Assembly (NCBI GenBank): GCA_023231475.1
Contig: JALJEE010000685.1
Coordinates: 62,001-93,429, forward strand
Source: Seison nebaliae
Lineage: Eukaryota
Reading direction: 5' to 3'
DNA length: 31,429 nucleotides
Shown: piece after piece, positions 10,161-22,686 of the stretch
How the letters are laid out: every line of letters begins with the position of its first letter
How positions within the stretch are numbered: the first letter of the stretch is position 1
The notes under the pieces: generated by a model
What the model saw: only the letters and a program-made list of their open reading frames with translations
Database searches by the model: none
What the model was told of the DNA's origin: nothing
Made by a program: the position numbers and the translations under genes

Positions 10161-12092
10161 ATGTTTTGTGGAATATCACACCTTTTTCATTTATCGAGAT
10201 CATATTTGAAAAAAATTTACCGGAAAGAAATAGAAGAGGAAAATATAAAAGTTAGAGATCCACTTGAAACACCAGCATGTCTTGAAAATACATTTGGTAT
10301 TTGTAAATCAATTTCTCTACTGCATATCTTAATGTTTACTCCATCATTGATAAAGATATTAATAAAGAACAATAAATGTTCTACAGATGTTTGTAACATA
10401 TTTAATAAAGTAAATGGGACCGAAAGTCATGATTTATGCATGTTTCCACAAAACATTCAATATGCCTATCTCCGACACGAAGTAATGTTATTGATAGGAT
10501 CACATGAAATTCAGCACAATTTTTTGAGCGAACAATCACAATTTTCTTATGGTTGTTTACACTCAAAATTTAATATTAAAGACTCCAGTTTTTCTTTGCA
10601 CAATTTCTACAGGTTATTGGCTTTCAATAACTTAGAGTTTCAATGTAACCGAATCAAAATCAATTCAAAAATATCATTGAAACGAACTCGAAAATTTTTT
10701 TATAAGAAAAACTTTTTCATAGAAAAATTAAATTCCAGTTCGACAAAAATGATAAATTACAATCAAACATTTGACTATCTTGAACAACACTTTAAAGGAA
10801 CAATTGATCGATTGACAATTGATGCTCTAGGTCTTATTGTTAAACATCTTTTCCTAGGCCCAGATGACGTTGAAGAAAATGAAATTATTGGTATAATTGT
10901 TCAAGGTGATCAACCACCCGAACTATTATTAGGACCGAATTTTAAAATATTTCCTACATTATTTCAAGATCTAATAGCGTATTTCATTCCCATTGGTCTA
11001 ATGTACATAGATGTGGACACAGTTAAACATGATTCAAAATTTCATGTTTTAAATAAGACCATAATAGAATATATGGATTCATTAAAAATCCATCCATTTC
11101 ATGAACGATTTACAGAGTTTTCTGAAAAATTAGAACAGTATTTAGCAGAAATGATCAACTCTTATGATTTTCCAAAAGTTGTGGGAATTTCGGAACCTGA
11201 AGGATATTGTTTTGCTTCTGAATTATCATACAATGTAAATAAAAAGTTAGATGAAATATTTAAAAAATTTTACACCGAGGCAATATCATATGAGAAAAAA
11301 ACAAAGTGGAAATTTTTCAAAAATCACTCCCGTACTTTGAATAGAGCGAATTTTAGTCAAATATTTAAAGAAAATTGGAATGATGTTATTTCAGTAACAT
11401 GTTATCGACAAAAGTTACCTGATAAATTTTGGAATCGAAAAGAACCAGATAAACAAGAATTATTTCACGGTTTTGTGAAAAGCGAAAAACGAGTTTATTA
11501 TTTACCCTACGCCTTCGAAATAATTGTGGACTTAAATGAGCGAAAATTAAAACCAATGAGAAGATCTAGGAAGCATCTTCCAAAAAACCTTCATCTTTGG
11601 CGTCATCATCGCATCGATGAATTAGTGAATAGATCAAGACAGTTTCGTGAAACTTCCTTATCGAATCACACTTTAGTTTTAATTGAAAAAGAAATACGTG
11701 ACGTGGTTAGTTTACTGATCGATCAAGAATCATTAGCAACTGTAGATAACTATTATAGATATCAAAAGAGTGTTATTGGAGAAAAGAAACGTTATCGACA
11801 ATTTATAAATTATGAAATTACGCCGAATGACGGTCATGCAATAGTTATTATTAGATCTATGTCAAAACAAAGATGGTATGTTATCAATAATGAGAAAATT
11901 AATGAAGTGGAAAATTTGCGACTCTTTTTCGAGAGACGACATTATTCTTTATCTTATAACTCTTATCTGAATACAATATTTTGGTATAAGGAAACGTCTT
12001 ACTTGAAAGATATCAACAATCTCAAACAAATGGTCAAACCAATATTAAACAGATATTATGGTACGAAACGAAACAATATTAGGCAAGCATGA
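10161..12092 (+). CDS. 643-aa protein; highly divergent ubiquitin-specific protease (peptidase C19/USP)-like
   Basis: Long uninterrupted ORF. PACLENTFGICKSISLLHIL..TPSL resembles the USP Cys box (N43/C48). GHAIVIIRS..KQRWYVINNEKINEV and the following IFWY resemble the His box (H559, N576/N577). The CDS is secure; the family call is by motif only. Confidence 0.62.
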   Translation: MFCGISHLFHLSRSYLKKIYRKEIEEENIKVRDPLETPACLENTFGICKSISLLHILMFTPSLIKILIKNNKCSTDVCNIFNKVNGTESHDLCMFPQNIQYAYLRHEVMLLIGSHEIQHNFLSEQSQFSYGCLHSKFNIKDSSFSLHNFYRLLAFNNLEFQCNRIKINSKISLKRTRKFFYKKNFFIEKLNSSSTKMINYNQTFDYLEQHFKGTIDRLTIDALGLIVKHLFLGPDDVEENEIIGIIVQGDQPPELLLGPNFKIFPTLFQDLIAYFIPIGLMYIDVDTVKHDSKFHVLNKTIIEYMDSLKIHPFHERFTEFSEKLEQYLAEMINSYDFPKVVGISEPEGYCFASELSYNVNKKLDEIFKKFYTEAISYEKKTKWKFFKNHSRTLNRANFSQIFKENWNDVISVTCYRQKLPDKFWNRKEPDKQELFHGFVKSEKRVYYLPYAFEIIVDLNERKLKPMRRSRKHLPKNLHLWRHHRIDELVNRSRQFRETSLSNHTLVLIEKEIRDVVSLLIDQESLATVDNYYRYQKSVIGEKKRYRQFINYEITPNDGHAIVIIRSMSKQRWYVINNEKINEVENLRLFFERRHYSLSYNSYLNTIFWYKETSYLKDINNLKQMVKPILNRYYGTKRNNIRQA

Positions 12093-12751
12093 AAAAAAAT
12101 AATAAAAATAATATAAATAATAGCAAATCTCTCATAATTTCTCTCACTATTGTCAGTCTCATAATAAATCGTAGAAATTATTGAAAACTTTCAGTGATAT
12201 AATATTGTTTATGATATAACTTTTTGTACCACTGCACTTATTGAATGATAAAGTCATGAAATGAGAGTTAATTTAAATTAAACTTGCTTTTTGCAAATTC
12301 TTTTATATAATATTAAAAATTTTTCAAAATTCATTGCAACATATTACCGTATTGATCATTGAGGCCATTTAGGATCATTCATCGAGAAAAAGTTATTACT
12401 TTTATCATTTTTTTTGTAACGAAAAACCATGTGCAATAAATTGAAAATAGAATTGAAGAAATATAACAGCTTGGAAGAGTCTATAATATAGACTCTATAT
12501 TAATGTTACACAAATAAAATTGTTCGATATCATTTTTCCGAAAACAATCAAATCAACAATTTTCATTCTAACTAACATTACTTACAGTTGTTAGTTTAAA
12601 AAAACTAAATACATTGATATAATTAATTCGAAGAGATCAATGGCCTTAATAATATTAATAAAATTTTGTCTTGCCCAATTTTATTCAACTATCAAACAAC
12701 TGCAAAAAATTTCAATATTGAAGCTTAATATGAGTACATCTATGATAGTTT

Positions 12752-12782
12752 CTTCTAGAAATATTCTAGAATATTCTAGAAT
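12752..12782. promoter_or_regulatory. Heat-shock-element-like array
   Basis: aTTCt aGAAt aTTCt aGAAt (12763-12782) plus an offset TTCtaGAA pair at 12752-12761. No intact downstream gene was identified. Confidence 0.35.
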
Positions 12783-12806
12783 TTCTATATTTTTCATTAA
12801 TATCTT

Positions 12807-12950
12807 ATATCTTTTTCCATACTTTTTCATATCTTTTCCCATACCTTTTCATATCTTTTCCCATACCTTTTCATATCTTTTCCCATACCTTTTCATATCT
12901 TTTTCCATACCCTTTTCCGTACTTTTTCATATCTTTTTCCATATTTTTTT
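12807..12950. repeat. Minisatellite, 22-bp unit ATATCTTTTYCCATACYTTTTC (built from 11-bp subunits), about 6 copies
   Basis: Units start at 12807, 12829, 12851, 12873, 12895 (variant) and 12929 (partial). Confidence 0.9.
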
Positions 12951-13039
12951 GCAAATTTCTTCATCTTTAACTATCACATATATTCATATTTTTCTCTTTA
13001 TGATTTCTAGTTTTAAAACTTATTTCATGAATATATAGG

Positions 13040-13890
13040 TTCATATATATGTCTTTAGTGGATATCGTATATGGGTTTTAAAACGCCATCCCTGTGTTTT
13101 TTTGAATGGAAAAAATGGTTTCATCGATGACAATCGAATTCGTTGGATACTCAAGGGTTCGAATGCCTACAAGGGTTTATCACAGGGTTAAAAAAATTAT
13201 ATATAGGAATTTACTTGGAACATTTGGAGACAACCATCACAACAATTTCCTAACAAGGAGAATTTGTTTGTAAGAAGAATTGGGAACTGATTTAAATTTG
13301 TAGGTTCTAATGTAACCACGATTCTCATTTTTCTTCAGATCCGGTTCTTCTTCTTTCCGCATTGTTTTTCAAGCCTGGTAATTGATAAAAGTTATGAAAA
13401 TTATGAGAATTGATTAAAAATATCGTTGAACACATTAGAGGTTTTTTTTAATATACAAGGGATCAATATCAAGTCTCATTCTTCTTCAAGCTTATCCTAA
13501 GAGATCTATAAAACGATCGACCATATGGAGAGAAGGAGGTTAGACGGAGTTCAATCCGTCAATCTCCACCACCCACTGTTCTTTCATTCCTCCACTCCCA
13601 CCTTCTTCAACAGCGCCACCCATTCATCATCTCAACAATCCGCCGTCGATACGGAAACAATTGGCAGTATCCAAATTAGATGACATGGAGAAGTAGGAAC
13701 AAGGCGGTCAGGAGGAAACTGATATCGAACTGGAGTAATCTTTTTGTATAAAATATATTATCCAAGTTATGAAAAATTATGAGAATTAATTAAAAATACC
13801 GCAATAATATCATGCGCTGATAAAGAATATGTATATATATTACCTGATGAACAATTTTGGAGATTTTTTTAATATACGAGAATCGATAGT
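13040..13890 (+). pseudogene. Possible decayed multi-exon gene or repeat with an internal degenerate duplication
   Basis: Locally GC-richer, with a broken Pro-rich frame at ~13560-13738 (PPLPPSSTAPPIHHLNNPPSIRKQ...EK*EQGGQEETDIELE*). Near-duplicate tracts AGTTATGAAAATTATGAGAATT at ~13390 and ~13765, and TTTTTTAATATAC at ~13445 and ~13865. Confidence 0.25.
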
Positions 13891-15575
13891 GTTGGCCATT
13901 CATGTCGATTCATTGGCAATCAAATTGTTTTTTAAGTGGAGTGATTTAAAAATGTCAAATAATTTCCATAATTAATATGTCAAATATTGGACTAATGGTA
14001 AATATCATATAATTTATTGCAATATTGTTTTTTTATACGTTCAATGTAGTTCGTTCAATATTTATTTGTGGAAATCAATAAAATCATATTTTGGGATTAT
14101 TAGATTATTATACAATTTATGTGTATCAATTTGGCTTATTTATTAATAAAGGAAAAATGGTTTTCTAAATTAAATGGATCTTTTGTAATATAATATTGGT
14201 GATCAAGAACTCATGTTTGTCTACTCCAGGTATAATATTATATATCATTTAAATTTTTCGTATCTATGACAACGACCGTTAAGATTCAAATTAAATTAAA
14301 TTTGATTTATGTCATTTTATTTCCCAATAAATACTATTATAATGAAAATGTTTGTTTTGCGGTTTTTTCTTAAAAATTCATTAAAGGTATAGAATTTAAA
14401 ATTGTTGTAAGTAGCGATGTCCAAACGAACACTAAAAATAATGGATCGTTCTCGAAAGGAATTGCCAGTGATTTCGACACCCATAATTTAATTTTATTGA
14501 CAATCGGTGATTTCGTCACCTTCAAATGGTCTTTATTTTACTTCAATGATTTAGTCACCATCTTTCATAGTTTTTAGTCAAAGTTTTTGGATTTTAAACC
14601 AATTTGGTTGATTCATCACCCTCATGGCAAGGATTTGGACAGTTCATCATTCTTTTTGAATTATTGTGGTCGTTTCGCCACCCATTTTTTAAAACAGTTT
14701 GTATTAAATTGTATTGCTTTCCTTTGTCGTGATCAGCATTTTTGTACATTGCTGGCAATTTCATCAATATCAAGTTTTGATTCTTCTTTTCTTACATTAT
14801 GAAAAGAATACCTAAATATTTCTCTTAATTTAATGAAGCCATTTCGACTGAGAATTTTAATAAATTTCATTGAAAAAGAAATCAATTTGAAAATTATATG
14901 ACTAAATTTTGTGAATTAAAAAATTAAATTGAAAAGAATAATGAATTAATTTTATTGGAATATTATGGATTGGTTGTTGGAAGAAAAGTAAAATAATATT
15001 GTTAGGAATGAGTGCTTATCATTTAAATGTATAAATATATTGGGAGGATAGAGACGAATGATCTCCAATTGTATTTTCCTGTTATAATTACATAGATGTC
15101 CATAGATTCGTTGTTCAACAGAAAATAGAAGAAGAAAGAGAAATTGAGAAGTTATAATACGTCATTATAAATAGATAAATGTTAAGATTATTTAATGTGT
15201 TCGATTCCTTCTCCTTAAAAAGGAAATTAATTCGCTTAAACAGTCTCTTCTATCGAATGTATCGAATGATAAGGATGACGATGCATTAGACTATGAAATG
15301 AAATTATTTATAATGGAAATTACGCAATTCTTTCTTGAACGTCATCTTTCGAATACCCATAAGAAACGATAAGAGAGAATAATATCGAGAAATATATAAT
15401 AATTTTAATTGGTGATATGTATAATAATTTCTAATGAAATTTTTTTCATTTCATAAAATATTTGATTTACATACAAACAATATGAAAGACAAATCAAAAA
15501 AGAAATTTTTAATTTTATTTTAAAATTTCTGTTTAGATAAATTAATTTTCCTATAGAGAAATCTCAGTGAAGAAA

Positions 15576-16560
15576 ATGCAGACGACTTATGAAGATCGAC
15601 CACAGACTTTTTCTTTCGAGAAATTATTCGATACTTCCCACATGTTATTCTTCAAAAATTCCACATTAATTATCTTCCATTCATTTCAAGATCACATAAA
15701 ACCTTTCAACATTTGAAGAATGTTTATTCATGTCTCACCGCTACTATCTTGTCAGCGGCTCTTGGATGTGCATTATCGATTTATTTATCGATTAATTTGT
15801 CGATGACGAGTTCTTGGGTTGGTACTTTGAAATTATTTCTCTTAACTAACATCTCAATGAAGTTATTGATTGATATAGTGGCATCGTTGGGAATATTATT
15901 TTATATTCGTTCAACGTCATCTCCAAGATCTGAAGTTCAACTCAATCGATTTCTTGCTTTAGTGGCATTTGGTGGATTGAACGGCGTTTCACTAACTCCA
16001 TTAGTCTCAAGTGTAATCCAAATAAATCCTTCGTTTAATTTTTTTCATCTTCGTCTCTTAACGTCATCTTGAACAGAATCATCGTCACGGCTCTATTGGC
16101 TACCACCACCATATTTGCATGTTTCACACTTGCTGCATTGACACAAAAGAGTCGATCCTATATGTATATGACTGGTTTGTAATGTATTATCTAATTGTGA
16201 TTCAAATAAATCTTTTTTAAGGTCTCCTTCTATCAGCATTCGGTGTCATTTCATTGGTAAGTTTAATGAATCTTTTCATTAGAAGTTCCGCAATGGAAAT
16301 GGTTAGTTTAATTCTTAATATTTCATTCTTATAAATTTGTTGTTCAGTTAACAATTTATGGATCGTTAATCATATTCAGTCTATTCATCGTTTGTGATAC
16401 ACAAATCATCATTGCCAAAGCTGAAGAATACAGTCACTATGATAGTGTTGAGCAGAGTATTACACTGTTCTTGGATTTGATTAACATCTTTCAACACTTA
16501 TTGATCATCTTGGGCAACAACGAACAACAGGAGAAGAAGAGGAATAGAAAGAATGAGTGA
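15576..16560 (+). CDS. TMBIM6: Bax inhibitor-1, ~247 aa; exons 15576-15643, 15691-15821, 15879-16032, 16077-16174, 16222-16301, 16348-16560
   Basis: The spliced product contains SHISHKTFQHLKNVY, INPSIIVTALLATTTIFACFTLAAL, CDTQIIIAKAE, LFLDLINIF and a basic C-terminal tail, all typical of BI-1. Confidence 0.92.
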
Positions 16561-16787
16561 AGAAGATTAGATTGGAATGAAAATTTATTATTTCTCTATG
16601 AAATTAAATGAATTTCTAATAAATTTATTGTTCATTGTGAATCTAAATTATTTCGACAAACGATGAATGTTAGATTGTGTGATGTGCTTTTTTATTAATA
16701 AATTCATCAAATTCAAAATCATTCCTTCATTTTAACCATTTCTCAATCCTTCTTGTTCAATAACATCATTTATTAATTCAATTATTT

Positions 16788-17573
16788 TCATTTCAACATC
16801 TGATCCTTCGCCGTTCGCAATAATTGTGTTACTACTTGTTCGGTCGTACCGCCAGTCAAACTACTCGATGTTATTCCCTCATCACGTCGTCCCACTCGAT
16901 CGACAACATGGCGACTTTCCGTTTCCAAAATAATTCTAATCGTTAAAGATTCGTAATGTGAAAGAAGTGACATAATAAATTCATTAACCCATTATCACAC
17001 ACTTCATCCAATGCCAATAGAACTACATCGAGATTAGTCATTAAAGTTTTCTTCTCTGTACTGTCGTGCAAGAGAATCCCCAACGAATCGACGAAACACG
17101 ATAAAACTGTTTTGAGCATACCCTTTAAAATCATCATTCTTTAGATAATATGATTTTCAATCAATGTTCTAACTTCATTCACTGATGTACTTCCAACCAC
17201 ATAAAAATGTAAATCAACACTAGTTTGAAGAACGATTGATAATTCATCAAATAGAAGAATTTCAGCTAGAAAAAAATATCATAAAATTATAAATTTTATA
17301 AATAAGGAAACCGTTCGATCGAAATGTTTTTTTGAATAAATTCTTCTCGAATGCTCGTTGTTCTTTAATTGTTGGAAAGATGTAATCATCAAAATACTGT
17401 TGATTTTTTATTAGAGAATGATTTATAAGATGATAAAAATAAACTTTTCCAATTATTCGACTTCCTTCATTATCGAGAACAATAATCGCTTTCACAGTAT
17501 ATAAAGTAGGTTCCTAAAATTTGAATAAAAGTCATTCTAATTAATCATTGGAAAAGATAAAACTAACGAGCAT
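16788..17573 (-). CDS. COPZ1: Coatomer subunit zeta, 177 aa; exons 17573-17568, 17513-17445, 17396-17312, 17265-17174, 17122-16989, 16935-16788
   Basis: [60 protein letters not shown] and [14 protein letters not shown]. Five introns of 46-54 nt all restore the frame. Confidence 0.95.
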
Positions 17574-17858
17574 CGATGTTAACTTGTGGAATATTATGAC
17601 GTAGAATCTTCAGATTTTTTTTTCTATATTCTCTCTCATTCATTTGTACAAAGAATTTATTTTTAATCAAATATCGATTATTCTCTAAAGAAATATCTGA
17701 AAATAAGCTCATTAGAAATTAATTTTTAAATTGGATTTCCTGCACTCGAACATTGCTTAACGACCAAATTTTTTCTCAATTAATTTAACATTAACGATTG
17801 AATTCCATTCATTTATCGATAAATAATTCTTATTTATATCGATTTATTCTCGTAGTGA

Positions 17859-18311
<453 letters not shown>

Positions 18312-18897
18312 ATATTTAGATATCCTCATAAACAAATATCGACGAAAATGAATTCCATTTCAAATTTTAAAGATCTATATGAATAACGACTAATCTTCTT
18401 TCTTTCCTTCTTTTAGTGACCGTCTAATTTTGTGTCTAAATTGTGACAACATTAAAATAACCTTCCAATTCTGTTTCTTTTTAATAATATATATATACTA
18501 TACTATTTATGCTAATTCTCAAAAATCATAATTTAATTCCATTGTTCTCGATATTATTATAAGTAGAGTAAAGATAATATGAAGTTTTAAATTTAAATAT
18601 TTTAATTTATAATAAAACACTTCTGAATGATCGTTTAATTAATTTGTAAATTAATTATTAATTAGTCATTATTAAAGTTATTTAAGTAAAGTGTGATAAT
18701 TTATTTATCGAATAATGTTAAGTAACATTCTAGAGAAGTGGAAGTTACTCTACTTTATAACATGTTGACAAGCAGCGTATTATACAAATTCAATGTTCGT
18801 TGAAAATTGTTATTAAACAAAATAATGATTTTTTTGGATTATTCAAATAATTATTTTGACATGTTTAACGTGATAATTATATTTGATTGTTTAGTAA

Positions 18898-21800
18898 TTA
18901 AATTACTGAATCAGCTTTATCATTTTGTATGGACGTTGTACCGGAATCTAGATTATAAATAAATCGAATTTTTTGATATTCTATTTTGTTAACGATCTCT
19001 TCATCTTCGATTGGTTTAATTGCCACAATGAATAAATTTATAATACAATAAGTTCCAAGTAGAATGGTGACCTTCTCAAAGAATATTCGAGATATCGGTT
19101 TTGTCTTTTCTGTATCCGGAAATTCTTGCGCCATAATTGCACCAAGTACTTCAAGTGATACTTCAAAAGCATCTGCTTTCCTCTCATACTGATAATACAT
19201 TAAAATCGCCGAATAAATTATAAAGACAGCAGCTAGAATGCCAAAACTGGCAAATAAAGGAATCAGTTCTTTCAATCGAACGATATGATATCCAAATTTA
19301 CGGAATCCAATAAAAATAAAAGATTCAAATAATAACTTCCCAATAAGAACGAGACTACATAGGAAATAGAAACAATATGCAATATTCCAATCATGATTAC
19401 TTGTCAGTGCTCCATCAACATTCATATCATCTTTATATATTAATTGAATTGCTCTTACTATGCAAATTGCCATGGTGAAAGCATAAAATATCAACCAACA
19501 ACATGTCCATCGATATTCGATGATTTTGATTATAACCTTTTCTTTGAATTTCGACCGGACGATATTATTAGTATTATTCAATCGACTACTTATTAATGAT
19601 ATTCGTATATATTCAGCAAAACATTTATATTTTCGTTCTATCGAATATTTCTGCTCATATTCCATATATCCTAAAATTATTAGACAAATACAAGCGATTG
19701 TTATCATTATAACTTTATTGACATGATATACCTCTTTCTTGTTTGTTGCATTCTCTGACATGATTAGAAAGTATATTACTAATATGGTTGGTAATAATCG
19801 TTTCACATGTTTATCTGTTTTCAAATTATTATATGAATTATTCCGCACAAATTTCTGACATATCGGAACAGAAGCCAAATCGTAACGTTTCCAATAAAGA
19901 ATTGCAAATGGGATTGAACTATGTTGTTGATTTGCTGCTCTAGTTCCTGCCGATTTCTCAAACAGTCCAATGTTATTCGAATCGATATTTAATAAATATT
20001 TTGCTACCTCATTATTCTGACGAATCGCTGCAATTGTCAATCGGAAGATGTTATTGTCATTGTTCCTATAAAGAATTTTAAAAACTTTTTCTGGTTTGTC
20101 ATTTAATTCAGCCTAAGAAAAAGAAAAATTAACAGAATTTACTCATGAAAAGGAAATAAAACAATTTTTAATAACCGAATTTTTAGGTAATAATTCTTTG
20201 AGGATTAAAGGGATTATTGAAGAATTTTGATGAGCTAATGAATATTCTAATGATGTTTTTTCATCCAGTTCATGATGGAGTAAATAATGCCAAAGTTCGA
20301 AATCACTTTTGGTATGTTTCAACAGTAATTTTAATGCCGTAAAATCTTGTTGATTTTTATTAGGAAGAAACAGTGTTTTCACGTCAACAGGTATGGTCAT
20401 ATTGCTGATGAGGAAAATGGTATTATTTGAACGATTACTTCCATTCGGTTTGTAATGTTCGTAGTCTTTCAAAATATCAGCATGTTCTCTCTTGTGATAT
20501 TTGTCAGATTTAAATTCTTGAAGAAGACGAACTAGAACATCTTCCTTCTGATAATTATCATGAATAAACTTCTTTAACAATATTGGTAATTGATTAATAG
20601 GTGATATATTATCCATATTCTTCTTATTAATAACGTTAATGAAATTCTCTAATTTATTTCGATCATTTAAAATAAGTTCATAACAACTGTTATCTAATGT
20701 GGGAGTTGATGGGCTTCGTGAGAAGAAATATTGTAATATCGTTTCATTACTCGTATTCAATGCCAGTTTAATGAATGTACTCCACGCAGTTGATCGATTA
20801 TTAATAAAATAATGGTTCTGTGTAACTAACATATCAATAATTTCCAATTGTTGATAAGATATTGCATAAGCCAATGGCGATCCACATAAAAATGTCAAAT
20901 AATCATTATCATCAAAATATTGAAGGAAATATTTTAATATTTTACTGTTACCTTGTCGTATGGCAATGTGCAATGCAGTACAATTGTGATAATTGTGTAA
21001 TTTCAGTAAATCTTTCAATTTTTCTCGAATAACAAAATTATTCTTTTTCATCAAAATTTTCAAGAAATTATAATCTTCCAAGGAAACAACATAATGGAGG
21101 AGATAATCATCTTCTTCATATAAGTAATTGAAAATTTTATCTTTTTCATTCTTATTCTTACCGTCATACAATTTGTTCAACAACTTAATTGCTGTATTTG
21201 TTGATTTGCTCAATAATAAGTTCTTGATGAGAAACATATAATTCTTTATTTTTTTCTTTGTCATTTTTAAATTTTGAATTGATTCTTCAGCGATCGTTGT
21301 CAGTTTCAATAGAATATCTTTCAATTCTGGAGTAGCTGTTAATTCGATTGGAGAACCAGAGGTAAAAAAATTTGATGTTAAAGTATTTGGATAATTCCCA
21401 ATTTCTCTAATTGATAATAAACGTCGTAAAAATTGGGTCATGCCGGAAACAATGAGGAGAGATAGAAAACTGGTCCGTTTAGGAATAACTTTCGTATTAG
21501 CATTGCTGGTAAATATTTGGGTATTCTCACTCGTTAATATCGAGTTATGGGAAAATTTTTTGTTAAAGATAAATTTTTCAATTTCTTCATTTGTCAAATC
21601 ATTAATTTTGTTATGTAAAATTAAATGATGAATTGCCGTCAGTTTAGTTTCCTTATTTGGTTTTGTGAATAAATTATAAATTTTTCGTTCATCATAATTT
21701 TTGTTAAACACCTCACGCCAATTACTCAATGGAAATTTGTTCAGTTTACAATACTCTTCAAACATGTTCGTCGTTGGAGTGATCATTGGAATATTGTTCG

Positions 21801-22686
21801 ATATCAATATTTCGACCATTTTAAAGGATTGTAGTTCAGGAAAGTTATATAAAATTTCTTTTTCAAGCGGAAAATGTTCACGAAAACTGTTTAACTTCTT
21901 TAAATATTCTCCAACTAGTTCAACTAAATCATAAAATATCCATTTTTTTATTTTATCCTTTTGACAAAAGTAGAATAAATAAAAATCTTCTTTACTACTT
22001 TGGCGGATGTTTTTTAATATTTCCTTTTGTACTTCCACATTCAATATATCAGGATAATAACTACTGCCATTAACATCATCCGGCTCATTATGGATACTAA
22101 AATTCTTTCCAAAATTTCTATTAATTAAACTGTAAAATTTTGCTTCTAAATCAATCGGCAAGTTCCCAATAGCATTCATCACTTCGTTATTATAGAAAAT
22201 AGTGTTATCTCTTGTTTGTGAATTTTGAAAATATCGTTTGAAATATTCAATGAACTGTTCGAAACATGTCACGGCACTACGTTCTGCACAATAAGGTAAA
22301 ATTCTTGAATTCTTATTGAAAACCTTCTCATAGAAATTGGGTATTAGATATTCCAATATAATCGGATCATCTTCATTTATTATTTCTTTGATTATAGCTA
22401 TGATATCTTTTAACTTAAGTCTCGACGGTCCATATTGAGTATAGACGTGGAAAAATATCTTATAAAATTTTTGTTTTATACAATCCTTTAGTATTTGAGT
22501 GATGTCCAGAATAATTCGGTTTCCATAAAATTCACGTTCATATGATTTGATAATGATCAACCGAGTTGCTTCGTCAATTTCTTGTTCTTTGCATAAACTG
22601 TAGATAGCTGAAGATATATTGTTCAATGACTCATTTTTCCCAAGAGCGGGAATTCTTTCTGATACAGTTTTCAATTCAAGATTCAT
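18898..22686 (-). CDS. Ankyrin-repeat, multi-TM TRP-like cation channel (TRPA/TRPV-like architecture, very divergent), ~1241 aa; exons 22686-20176, 20112-18898
   Basis: A 63-nt phase-0 intron (20175-20113) fuses the 847-aa and 380-aa ORFs. Ankyrin motifs include CTALHIAIRQGNSKILKYFL, SPLAYAISYQQLEIIDMLV and YLLHYVV. About six hydrophobic helices follow, the last with an S6-like IINLFIVAI. Confidence 0.68.

Noticed and set aside
12476..12496. Palindrome AGAGTCTATA-A-TATAGACTCT
   Set aside because: Single occurrence, with no associated element or repeat found.
12807..12950. CRISPR-like appearance of the repeat
   Set aside because: Units are head-to-tail with no unique spacers, and the context is eukaryotic with no cas genes.
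12640..13038. 132-aa hydrophobic ORF
   Set aside because: Translation of the HSE-like duplication and the pyrimidine-rich minisatellite.
14417..14811. Coding-like stretch (plus 71-aa ORF; minus frames with many stops)
   Set aside because: No motif or coherent frame; may be old decayed sequence but cannot be supported.
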